Below, one piece after another: positions 13,652 to 26,135 of a stretch of 64,000 nucleotides of DNA; positions within the stretch are counted from its first letter, which is position 1; every line of letters starts with the position of its first letter. A program made the position numbers and the translations under genes. The DNA comes from Vicugna vicugna (Eukaryota): contig MU058065.1 of assembly GCA_013265495.1 (NCBI GenBank), positions 3,077,003 to 3,141,002 of the forward strand, read 5' to 3'. The notes beneath the pieces are model-generated. The model was not told the origin of the DNA, ran no database searches, and saw only the letters and a program-made list of their open reading frames with translations.

Positions 13652-16600
13652 CACATCCTCAGTTGAAGGAATCAAAGGAGTTTAGGCAAGGTCTTTGTCC
13701 TCTAAGTCTCTGGGCGATTTCTGCTGCCCACCCCCAGGGGTATGATTTATTATCCCAGCTTCTCTAGTCCCCCAGAACAGTTGATGCCTCAATTTTATCT
13801 AGTCCTGCTCTTCCCCAACTGCCCTGGACATCATCCATTTGAGAACCTCTTCCTCAAACTCAGCTCTTTCTTCAAATGCAACCTCTGTCTCAGGTGTTCA
13901 GCTGACCTTTCCCTGGCTGCCTTGGCCAAATACGATGTCTCCATCCTCTGTACTACTCATTCAATATTAACCACATCCTGGATGTATCTTCATACAGCTT
14001 GAACACTCTCGTCCTGAAGGAATTAGCATTTCCAAGTCCCTTTTAAGTGACATATGCTTTTATTTGTATGATGATGGGTTTGCTCACATGCTGGATTCAA
14101 AATACCTTGTTACTGCTTATCAAAAAACTACTTCTGAAGGACAGAGATAAAAAACCAAAACAAAAAACAGAGGCACACAGAAATTTCTGGAGATAAATGA
14201 GTATGTCTATTACCTTAATTGTGATGATGGCTGCACAGGTGTATGCATGTCCAAACTCAAATTGTGTACATTAAATATGTGCAGATTTTTGTATATCAAT
14301 GAGAGGATAGAGAAAAGAGAGAAGAGGAACAAAGGAAAAACAGAGAAGAAAGAAAACAGGGTTGAAAAAAGTAAGAGAAGACAGAGATAAGCAGATAAGT
14401 AAGGAAGCAATGGGATCAACTGTGTACCCTAAACTACAAACAGCTGTCTCCCTCAAACCTCATGAAAACCCCATGAGGTAAGAATTAACATCTTTATATC
14501 ACGGAAATTGAAATGGAAGGCTTAAAAAGATTAAGTAACTAGTTCAAATTTACGTAGCAAGTTTTACACACATATATGGCAATGATTCCTTCTCCACTCA
14601 ACACAAAGTTGACGATACAAGACAATGTATTTAGAAATGCTACCTCAATTGTTATCAAAGTCATATTACAAAAAGTGTTTAAAAAGAATATGGAGATTCT
14701 TGTTAAGTTTTCTGAATGAGAAATACACCATGTCAATTTACCTTTATACATATCGCCAAAAAATCAAAGCTCAAGATAAATCCTAAATTACTGATGTTAA
14801 AATATAACAAAATCTACTTAATGTCCCTCAATTTACAGTTTATTATTTATATCTCTTCCCAATTTCCATTACCAAGAGGTTTTAATATCTTAGACATGTC
14901 CTTAAAGTATATTTGTCTATGTGAAGATGATAATGCTGCTTCAAAAGATAAAGCGATAATAAAGAGTGGATAGACTTAGAAAATACTGTATACTCTGAAA
15001 ATAAACAGAATTAGAATAGTTATTATTTGAGTGCTGACTATGTGACAAGCACTTATCTCTTATAAATCCCAACAACTATCTACAGGTTTTCTTATACCTC
15101 TTTTTTATAGAAGAAACTGAGGCACAGAGGTTAAATAAGCTGCCCAAGACCATACAACCAGTAAGTAGAGCCAGGGTTCAAATCCAAGCAGTCTTAACTC
15201 CAAGTCCACGTTTCTACCCACCAAAATTACAATAGAATAGGTGCATTTTAGAAGAAAGTTCTTAAATAAGCACTAAAATACAGAACTGGCTAAGTCAAAA
15301 GTAGATTCATAAAAATTTTCCAAAAGGAAAGACATATGTGAATTGTCCCTATAGACATTTATGGGATTAAAAATGAGATAACATTAGATACATCTGTAAA
15401 ATTATCTACTAAGAACAAAAAAAGAAATAAAAATGAAAGTAAAGAGAGGCTAATTAAAATTAATGAGCTAAAGTGACATGTACCTACACTGATGAAACTC
15501 ATGACATGTACCTACACTGATTAAGTGATATAGACTGAAAAACAAGTATGCTGCACAAGAATAAATAAGATACAATCTATATCAAGTTTAAAAATAAACT
15601 TAAAACATAAAACAATACTATGCACTGTCTGGGAATACATACATGTGTAGTAAAACTATAGAGCAATGCATATGAATAATAAACACCAAATTCTGATCAG
15701 TGGTTAACTGGAGGATCTGGGAGAAGGAAGTGAATTTCTTTAACTGGATCAAATATTATGAAATATTTCTCAGACATATAGAAAGCAGGTCTACTTTCGT
15801 TTTAAAGAAAGAAAAGGAAGGAAATGGAATTAGTGGATTATAGCATCCTAAATTGCTTTATATTCCTCATCCAAAAAATTCTAAAAGGGCACTGTTAGTG
15901 ACTCCTGTGAAAGAATGTTAAGAAGAATATATCCTGAAGTATTTATGTTCAAGTACAAAAAGAAAAATAGATATAAACAATGTCCCTAAATTTCATTACA
16001 GCTCCTTTCCATATATAATCAATCATGCCTTCAGAGGTATATATGAACTTCAAGCCAAACTGTCACCCCAGGGAGGAGGAGCAGCACCTGGGCTAAGAAA
16101 ACTGCCTGGGATGAGATTCAGCACACACTTAGGCAAGTCATTTAATTTCCTCATCTGTGAAATAAGGATGATTTAAAAAAAAAACTATTTCATAAAATTA
16201 AGAAGAAAATCAAAACAGTACCTGACCAGAGGAAGTACTGTAAAGGTTTTGGCTATTATCCAAAATCATCAGTTTAGAAAAAGAAAAACCAGGCTTTGTA
16301 TCAGAAAAATATTATTTAAATGTGATTACTTTCGAAATTAAACAGGAGATAGAAAAGCTGACCATGACAAATGGGCAGCTTTTCACCTCTTCTTGAGCAA
16401 TCAATATCAGGATAGCAAGATAAGCTTTTTAATTTTCTAACAATATTCTTTGGAATTGTTACAACATCTCCAATGTGTACATTTTTGTGTACACACATAC
16501 CTGGTACAAATTCAAGGTAAAACATTCCATTCCCTGGCTCTTTTGTTCACCTGACAAAAGTCCAATTCATCTTGGAAAACTGGGCTACCACCACCACTGT

Positions 16601-18842
16601 AAAATCTCCCCTTCTTCTGCTCTGCTCTGGTTTAAGAACTATACCATACTGTAATACATCTGCTCTTATACCTTCTTCCCTTACACCATGTAATGTTCAT
16701 ATACTACCTTTTGTGAACCCTGAGCTCTTTGAGAGCACGGACTATCTCTTAATTATCTTCAAATTCCCAATGTCTTGCAAGACATACACTAAAGAAATAT
16801 ATGAATAAATCAATGCCCCTATATATCCTCATAACAAATACCTTCATGAACAAGTGGGAAATTATAGTTTGAGGCAGTTTATCTAACAGGTTGGTTATTT
16901 AGGTACCTTTAGCGCCAAATAAAAAATAGCGTATCAGTTAATCCCACTAAGCATTCACCCTCCTCAAAATAGGAAAGATTAAAAGTAAAGATATTCCAGT
17001 AAAAACAGAAGTTAAAATTTTATATAAAAAGGATTAAGGCACTTAAAATGTCAGGAAAACAAAAGCAGTCTGAAAACTTTCTTATGCAACTAAGAAATAG
17101 CATGAAGGGAAGAAATCACAAGATTTAATGTTTATAATGTCTCCTTTCCAGCAAAGAAATAAATAATTAAAAGTCAGATGAAAGTATATACCATATTAAG
17201 GTGGATAAAAATCAAGAGTAAGTCACATGTTAGATCAATTTCACACAATGCTTTGTAGTGAGGCTATCTAAAAAGCTACGTCATGAGTGAGCTAAAATTG
17301 GGCTGACTTTTAGGAATTTAACAGTTCTTGGCAATTTGGGGGAAATTGCTCAGGGCTCCATACTAAGGTACTGACTCCTGTCAGGTGTTGACCAGTCCAT
17401 CTTCTATTACTATAGAAGAGCTGTCCCTCCTCCTAGCTAAGGCACAGGACTTACTTTCTTTGGATCCCATGCTCTCCCATATTCTCAGGAACTTTGCACA
17501 AATTACACCTTTCTCATCTATATTCAACTTCTCCCTCTCAACAGACACCTTCCATCAGCATTTAATCATGCTGAAATCAAAACTCTTGCAAAGTTTCCTA
17601 TTCTTTGTTTCCATTTTCCCCACCTTCCACTTGCTTCTGCTCCCCACCCCACCTCTACCACCACATCAGTATCTCCTGCCAAGGTCACTCGTTGACCTCT
17701 GAGTTGCTAAATCCAACGGATGATACTCAATTTTCCTCTCGGAGGAGCATTTCAGCACTGACTGCTCCCCCTTGGCAGCAGGGGGACCTGCTTCTGGCTG
17801 TCCTCTCACTCCCCTGGCCGCTCCTCTGGTCTCCTTTGCAAGCTCAGTCTCCTCTACCCAGCTCCATCCCTGGCCCCCTGCGCTTAGTCCAGCCTCCTCA
17901 CAAGCACGCTCATGGTTTCAGCCACTATCTCTACATGAATGGCTCCAAAACAGTAGAAACTAGTCATCACTCAACATCTCCTCTTCTCAACCCATATACT
18001 AACAAATCACCGTGTCTGGCAATTTAAATCTCATTTTCTCAGTATTTCTGCTAATGATATAAGGCTCTTAAAAGGATTAAGTGAGCTTACATGACAGTAC
18101 TTCGAAAAGGAAAAAAAAATTAAATCTGAGCATTAGTATTCACTAAATTGAAATCTCCTTGAAAGCAAGGACTTTACCAAGTTCATCTGTTTATTTATTC
18201 CACATGGTACACCTAGCCGCATGCTTTGCATTCAGCAAATGTACTGCAATGAATTATCTGTATTGGCTTAATACATGTTCAACTGAAATATTCACACATT
18301 CAACAGCTTTTATTTCCCAAACCATGTCACCATTTGTCTCCTAAGAAGTTGAGAATTTTAAGTTAAATCACTCTATAAAATGTAAACTATCCTGGGCAAT
18401 TTTAAAATTTACACTGCTAATTATCTAAAGTTAGAAAAATCTGTCACCTTTTTCTTAGCGTGGCTTTCCTCAAAACATCCAGATCCCATCCTCAAGTTCC
18501 AATCTCATATAAAGACTCTTGCTTCCCAACTGATCATGTGAAAGGGGAAAGTTTAAGTGCTACAGGTATATTTAAGTTTTAAGTACCCTGAAGGCAGGGA
18601 GAATGACTGCTTGGAAAAATTCCCTCTCTCAATTTCATGCCTGCTTGGAAAAATTCCCTCTCTCAATTTCATAACTTGCAATGAGCTGGAGTGACATTCT
18701 TGGTAGGAACAGACACTGCAATGAAAAGAATATTGTTCCTCAAGAGTTCTCAAACTCTTGCTTTATGTACATTTAATTACAGCCTCAGAATGTAAGATGT
18801 CATCTAGCGTTACCTCACCTTATCAATTCAAAACACTCCCTA

Positions 18843-20117
18843 GGAAAAAAGACAGTCTCTACGGCAAGTGGTGTTGGAAAAGCTGGACAGCTACGTGTAA
18901 AACAATGAAATCTGAACATTCTCACACTGTACACAAAAATAAACTCAAAACGGTTTAAAGATAAGACAGGACACCGTAAAACTCCTAGAAGTGAACATAG
19001 GCAAAACAGTCTTTGACTTAAACCATAGTAATATTTTCTTAGACCAATTTTCCAAGGCAAATGAAATAAAAGTAAAAATAAACGGGATCTAATCAACCTT
19101 AAAAGCTTTTGCACAGCAAAGGAAACCATCAACAAAATGAAAAGGCAACCTAGGAGAGAAAATATTTGCAAATGATGCAACCGACAAGGGGTTAATATTC
19201 AAAACATACGAACAGCTCATAAAACTCAATATGAAAAAAACAAACAGCCCAATCAAAAAACAGGCAGAAGACCTAGACATTTCTCCAAAGAAGACAGATG
19301 GCCAACAGGCACACAAAAAGATGCTCAACATCATTCATTATGAGAGGAATGCAAATCAAAACCACAATGAAGTATCACCTCATACCTGTCAGAATGGCTA
19401 TTAAAAAGTCCACAAATAATAAATGCTAAAGAGGTGTGCAGAAAAGGGAACTCTCCTACACTGTTGGTGGGAATGTAAACTGGTGCAGCCACTATGGAAA
19501 ACAGTATGGAGCTTCTTTAAAAACTAAAAATAGAATTGCCATATGATCCAGCAATTCCACTCCTGGGCACATAACCAGAAAACTAATTTGAAAAGATACA
19601 TGCACCCCAATGTTCACAGCAGCACTATTTACAACAGCCAAGACATGGAAACAACCCAAGTACCCATCAACAGATGACTGGTTTAAGATGTGGTGTACAC
19701 ACACACACACACACAATACATAAAATATATATATACACTTACACAGTGAGATATTACACAGTCATAAAAAAGAATGCAGTATTGCCATTTGCAGCAACAT
19801 GGATAGGCCTAGAGAATGTCATACTAAGGGAAGTCAGAGAAAGAAAGACAAGTATTACTTGGTAAAATTTGTATGTGGAATCTAAAAAATAATACAAATG
19901 AGTCTACATACAAAACAGACACAAACTCACAAAGAAAACAAATTTATGGTTACCAAAGGGAAAGGGGGGATGAATTTGAAGTATGGGATTAACAAACTAT
20001 ATATAAAACAGATAAGCAACAAGGATTTACTGTATAGCACAGGGAACTACATTCAGTATCTTGTAATAACCTATAATGGAATACAGTCTGTCCAAAAAAA
20101 AGAAATAAATAAGTAAA
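18843..20117 (+). mobile_element. 5'-truncated L1 (ORF2 C-terminus plus 3'UTR)
   Basis: KDSLYGKWCWKSWTATCKTMK is L1 ORF2-like; typical 3'UTR and A-rich tail; frameshifted. Confidence 0.92.
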
Positions 20118-22731
20118 ATTATTTGGGAATCTAAAAGGTCAAAAGATGCCAGGGAAAATGTTTACTTGCCAGATCTTGAAATTTAAATCTGATAAAATTT
20201 TCTTTCTACCATACTGACACTAGGCAATCTTAATTTAAACAAAATTGGAATCACTGGAAAATGATGTAGCTTATTTTACATATTCACATATTTATTTTCT
20301 TAGTGTTCTATATCATTTACTATTACAAATAATTATTAAAAGTAAAATCATAAAAGGTAAATTTTAAGATAAGTATTTAATATTAGGGAGACCTAAAATA
20401 ACATGAAAACAAAATGCCACCTTGTATCATGGATTCAACCCTGGAACAGAAAAAGGGGCATCAGTGGAAAAATTGGTGATATCTGAATAAACTCTGTAGT
20501 TTCGTTAGTAGTATAGTATCAATATTAATTTCTTATTTTGACAAATGAACCAAGGTTATGTGACATGTTAATATTACAGCAGGAGAACTGGTATGCAGGA
20601 ATGTTCTACATTTGCAACTTTTCTCTGAATCTAAAATCGTCTCAAAATAAGAAGCTTAAAAAAAATTAGTATCTGAGTCAATAAGCACTGTTGGTCACCC
20701 ACCATTAAAAGAAAAAGAAAAAACTTCCTAGATCAGATTTTCATCTAAAACACAAACCTCAGTATAATCATTCACACACTATCTTTCCTACACTGAACAT
20801 ACAGTAATTTGTAATTATATACTATTTGTGTGATGATTTGCTTCATGTCTGTTTCCTCTATGAGGGCAAGGATCACATCAATTCTGTTCGCTGTCTATTC
20901 CGAGCATCTTACATGGTGCATGGCATAGAATAAGAGTTAAAGGCTATAAGTGAGCCATTAATTGAATGAGGAATGAACTAGTCTTTTAAGCAGAACCAGA
21001 CAGCAGAGGAGCACATCACATAAGCAATGAGAAAAATCCTGAAGCTTTAATATCTGACCCCCTCAAACCAGACAGGGATTGATTTTCCCCTCATAATTTG
21101 TCCATCCTTTTTTCCTTCCTTTCTTTCAAGGAGGACATGACTCACGGAATATTTCAGCTTAAGTCATCCAGTGCAAATGTCTTAAAAACCCAGTAACCGA
21201 GAGTCAGAGACACTAGGTGCCTTGTCACCGTGACCCTTAACATCCAGTGGATGGATCTCTGATCTACACCCAACACTGCCATCCGACAGAATCAACTCTT
21301 TTTAGAGGGAGAGAGAAACCAGGGGTCTAAGGAGAAAATGCCAGAGTGACTAAAGAAGCCCTACTCATCCTTAAGGGTGAGAACTGCGCAGGAAAATGCC
21401 AGAACACAAAAGAAACGAATAAATTGTGTGCCAACAGACTCCCATGTCACAACACCTCTTCGCCTGTAATATCTAGTACTTTAAGGAGCAACTCAGCGGC
21501 ATCCTTCAACTCTCGGAACTAATGCAAGGAAGCAAAAAAGGTTGAGGTGATCCTGAAAGAAGGTCTCATCAGACCGACAACTATTCAGCCAGTCACCAAG
21601 GAGAGGCAGTATAATATAAAAAGTGGTTAGATGTGGGGTCTCTGGATTTTTAGATAGGCAGGCCAGAATCCCAGCTTCTCTTCGTGCTTGCTGGGATCTG
21701 GAGGCAAGCGGACTGAGTCCAAACTGCAGTTTCTCCAGCTGTAAAATGGGAATAACCACCACCCAGGAGGGCTGTTAACAGTGTAGAGATACTATACGTG
21801 AAGTTCTTAGCACCATGCCTGGAATGTTGTGAAGGCTCATCGGCTGTCATTTTATTCAGCTTCATAATCACTTTCACGAGGCCTATTCTCTCTCCAGCCG
21901 CCACATAATTTTAAAGACGCTGTTCTGCCCCCCATCTATTTTTGAAGGGTCATACACACATTAGCTTAGAGCATATTTTCTAAATCCAGCCTGGACAAAC
22001 TAGTTCTGTGTCTCTGGGCCTCGGGTTCCTCATCTGTGAAACGGGTCTTACCATCCCTACCCCAGCGGACTGCTGGTAAGAAGCACTCCCTCGGTATTAC
22101 ACATTCCACCCCTGGTGTCTAATTTAAATGCACTTGGGGAAAAGTAAGCCTTCCATTCCCAACCCCAGAACAGCAGTATTCTTCCCAGCCCCACCACCAC
22201 CGACCGTGGCCAGAACAAACACCAAGACGCACCCACCTCACACCCCGCATCAACACACCCCCGTCTGGCCCTCCAGTGTGGTTTTCCGAAATCGCAGGGC
22301 TCAGTTTCCTCCCGGGGACCGCGTCAGAGCCGAGCTAGTGAGAGTCGCCAACCACCTCCCCCAACGCGCCCGGAGAGACCCCGCGCATCCTTCCTCCCCC
22401 GGACGTCGCGGTCGTGCGGTCTGCGGTTCCCCCCGCTCGCGAGGACCCTTCGGCCCAGGCCCCACCACACCCGCTTCCCGAATCCCACGGCGGCGCCTCC
22501 CACCCGGCCGGGCTGCTTCTCCCCACGCCGCGGGCCGGGCCGGCCCGGGAGCCCGCACCGCCTGCGTGTACGCGCCGGTGCCGGGCTGGGCGGCCGCGCC
22601 GGAGACCCAGGGCCTCCAGGCCAGCCGCTTCCCTTCCCCAGGCCCGAGCGTCCTCGGGCCCAGCCCGGCCGCACGCGAAGGCCACGCCGCCAACCCGGCC
22701 CCGCCGTTCCCACAGCGGGCGCCGCACTTAC

Positions 22732-23014
22732 CGCGACGCCGGGACGCCGGGACCCCGGGACCCCGGTTCCTCCGGCCTTGGGCCCACGCAGGCCTGGCTG
22801 CGCCCCCAGAGCATTCACGCCCAGGCCGCCTCCTGCGGACCCGGACGCAGCCCGCCGCGGTCGCACTGCGAGGGGGCGGCCGTCTCCTGCCCAGTCTGCA
22901 GCCGCCGCCGCCGCCGCCGCCGCCTCCTCGTCCCAGCCCCGGCCGCGAGGACTAGCGGACCGTGGCTCTGAGGCGCCGGCACACCAGCGTCTGTTGAGCC
23001 GAACCGCCCAGGAC
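22732..23014 (-). other. ACSL3: Non-coding first exon of ACSL3 (long-chain acyl-CoA synthetase 3); TSS approximate
   Basis: Minus strand reads GTCCTGGGCGGTTCGGCTCAACAGACGCTG...GGCCCAAGGCCGGAGGAACC...GCG, closely matching the human ACSL3 5'UTR as I recall it. It ends at a canonical donor GCG|GTAAGT (22732/22731) inside a CpG island. Confidence 0.85.
22901..22924 (-). repeat. (GGC)8 trinucleotide repeat in the ACSL3 5'UTR
   Basis: Eight perfect gcc units on the plus strand. Confidence 0.95.
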
Positions 23015-23152
23015 GCGCACCCCAAGCCGGCGCTCGTTGCATATGCAGAGAGGCCGCCTCCCATTGGCCCGCGGACGGTGGCGCGTGCGGGGCTGGGCCT
23101 ATCGAATTCCGGCCGGGAGCGCGGCGCGGCGCGGGCCGCCGGGGGCGGGGTG

Positions 23153-23168
23153 GGGTTACTACGGGTCA
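23153..23168 (+). promoter_or_regulatory. DR4 nuclear-receptor element (LXRE-type)
   Basis: GGGTTA-ctac-GGGTCA, about 140-155 bp upstream of the inferred TSS. ACSL3 is an established LXR target gene. Confidence 0.8.
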
Positions 23169-25989
23169 TTCTTGAAGCCGCGGCGGACGGGACCCAGCCG
23201 CAGCCAGCGCGAGGCGGGGACCCGTCGGCGGGGGGAAAAAAACTGGGGGCTGGGGGCGCAGGGGGGCCGAGGGGAGCGGGCTAAGACCACCGTCCCCTCC
23301 GGAAAAAAAAAAAAACTGCAAACGCAGTTATTGCTGTAATATATAAATCTTCATATAGATTAGGAAAAATATGTGTATTATTTTAATTCTTAACCTGATT
23401 AGTTGTTTTGTTCTTGCACAAATTTGTCAAAATTTTTTAAATCATTTTGGGGAATGTTGAAGCGAGAGGGGTTCAAAAATTCGAAGCATGTTTATTAGTT
23501 CTCTTGTTTTGGCTTCACCGAACCCAATAAATAACCCATCTCCACTCAGTGCACTCACTATTCATACAAGATTGATATTTGCTTTCAAAGGATAAAGTTT
23601 ACCCCCAAAATTACTGTTTTTGGACGTTCTTGTGAAGCTAAAAGTGTTTCTGTATTTTAAAGAGTTTGCCGTAATACCTCACTTTAGACACAACAGAAGG
23701 AAAGAAGACATGGAATCAGGTAGACTGCCTTCCCACAAGCAAACAAAGCAAAACACAAGTGACTAAAACCACAACTACAATACACTGAAAGATGGCTTTC
23801 ATTACCCGAGCAGTAGTGAAGTTGAGCTTTTTATTTTTCTTAAATCCGACATACTATTTAGTTGGTCTGTGAACACAGTTATATCATTAAGTCAGATTTG
23901 ATACCACAGGCAATACAACATTTGGAGGATTTTGTTTTGTTTTGAAGTAATGAAGGAGCTAGAAATAGCTACTTGAATGGATCTTGCAAGGATGCAAACG
24001 TTGTCTTTAAGTAGGTGAAAGGTGACGTTCATGAGCCAGCCTCAGGCTCAAGCTCACTTCCCAAGAGAATCTCAAAATTAGCGAAGCCGCCTGAAATTGA
24101 ACCAGGAGGGGCCCCTGGGCGAAGAAAGCTTACTCACCTTGGGACCCAGATGAGTTAACTACCTAAAGGAAAGGATGACTGACTCCAGTAACCTGTTCTA
24201 CGAGAGGGATAGGTTGCTCGCTAATCCGCTGAAATGCTATCAAAAGCACACGCCCTGAAGATAAACGGAATGCAGGATTTCTCTTCTGAAAATACCTCCA
24301 CCACTCTGCATGCAGAGGAAAGTGGTACCTTAGAAGTGGTAGTTCCAGGACCAGGAAAATCCTCTAGCAAAATACGTAATTTCTAGAGGAGGAACCCTTT
24401 TTTCCATTAATAAGCAGACTAGTAGAATTCCAGCAACATCTTAACATATTTCTTCATTATCTCTTTCTACACTGTGTGTGTGTGTGTGTGTGTGTGTAAG
24501 AAAGATATGTATCCCTTGGAATTAAAATGCTAAATTCTCATCCTGTTTGCTCAAGGTAAACAGAAATGTAATACTTCCAGTTTCTAAGATGTTTCATCTT
24601 TTTAATAAAATAAGTGCACAGTTGCTTTTCTTTTACACAGGGTTTCAGTATATTTATATTTTTATTTAGACCTTTTGAGAGAATTGTGGAATTTGTTTGC
24701 ATTTTCCTTCTTTTTAGAAAAATTCATTGCAGAAACTGTAGTGGCCAACTGAATGAGAACATCCAGCAGTTCCTTTTATAGTTTTGTTATTTCTTCGAAT
24801 TACAAGGGTTTTGAGAGGAGATGTCTTTGTAATTTTCATGAATGCCTAATGATCTGTCTCATGTGAAGGGTCACAGAAAGAGTCTCTGACTGTATAACAA
24901 ACTACATGGTGCTCGCATTTTCCATGATCCTTATAACGTAAAACCAGGACCGGCTGATGTTTGAAAGTTTAACAACTTTTTTGTTCTTTCATTTCTGGTG
25001 GATTGGGGGTGGGGGCAGTACTTGAAGTGGCACACTATACTATATGTTTGAGTTAAGGTGGCTCTGGCTTCAAGGAACAGAACATCCAACAAAAACCAAC
25101 TTAAACTATGACACTTATTTTCCTCACTTAGAGATAACTCCAGAGGCAAGGCAAGTCGAAGATGGGTCCAGTGACTCTGCCACGTCATTGAGGGCCTGAG
25201 CTTTTACATCTTTTGCTCTGTCAGTTTCAGCACATTGACTTCATCCTTAGACCGTCATAGTCACGGATGGCAGCCAGAGCTTCAAGTGTCACATGAGGAC
25301 ACAGAAGCATCTGGCCAAAGAATAGGGGCATGTTTCCTAAATACCGCTTCTTATTAAGGAAGAAACCCTTTCTCAGAAGGCTAACCACTGGCTGTTCCTC
25401 AAGTCTCACTGACCAGAATTGTGTCACACGATCATAGCCAACTGCAAGAGGGGCCAGGAAATGTTGCCATTTGGGGCCTCTCTAGTGGAAGGTGGGCATT
25501 GTCACCACAGAAGCAGTCATAGGAAGGAATAAATGTGGAGAGGCCTCATCAGCATTGTTCGCCATGGTTATCACCAGAAATTACCTGTCTCTGATTAAAA
25601 TGGCTTAAACAATAAAACCATCTGTTATCTCACTTAAAGTGTCCAGAGGAAGGCAATTCCAAGGTTTCTTCAAAGGGCTCACTGATGTCATCAGGACCTA
25701 GCTCCTTCTATCTCTTCACTCTACCATTCTCAGTGTTCATGTTCTCTCTCTTCATGGTTACAAAATGGCTGCAACTGCTCCAAGCATTATTTTTACACAA
25801 TACTACATCCAAAGCCAGTAGGGAAAAATTGGCTTCTCCTATACATGTCAATATGTGTTTACTGGGGAACTACATCTTCCCAAGATGTATTCAGCCCACT
25901 TTCCCTAAACCAATCACTAGCAAATGAAATTTCCCTGATAAGTTTAGCTTAATCATAGATCATCCACTAGGGATAGCAGACGGAGTTCT

Positions 25990-26135
25990 AGCAACTGGAG
26001 ACACAGCATCATTTGACCTTTGGTTCAAAGTATATGCCCCATTTTGAAAGGCAGGGCCCCACCCCAAATGAGCATCATCCTCAAGCTGACTCCTTAGCTG
26101 GGCCTTTAAGAGACCTTGAAGGAGTCTATCAGGCA
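25990..26135 (-). mobile_element. ERVL (class III) integrase fragment next to MLT-like LTR remnants (about 25040-25990)
   Basis: GLLKAQLRSQLEDDAHLGWGPAFQNGAYTLNQR...AVSP resembles the ERVL IN segment GLLK.QL..QLG...L.GWG..LQ.AVYALNQR. Confidence 0.75.

Larger units (their letters stand above)
22240..23300. promoter_or_regulatory. ACSL3: CpG island / ACSL3 promoter
   Basis: About 1 kb of very GC- and CpG-rich sequence in an otherwise CpG-depleted, AT-rich window. CCAAT on the minus strand at 23063-23067; GC box GGGGCGGGG at about 23142-23150. Confidence 0.92.

Noticed and set aside
18758..20116. Several ORFs of 60-120 aa
   Set aside because: Fragments of degraded L1 ORF2/3'UTR or their antisense strand.
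22128..23339. Long overlapping Pro/Arg/Gly/Ala-rich ORFs (up to 281 aa) on both strands
   Set aside because: Stop-poor frames are expected in a CpG island. They cross the exon 1 donor and resemble no known protein.
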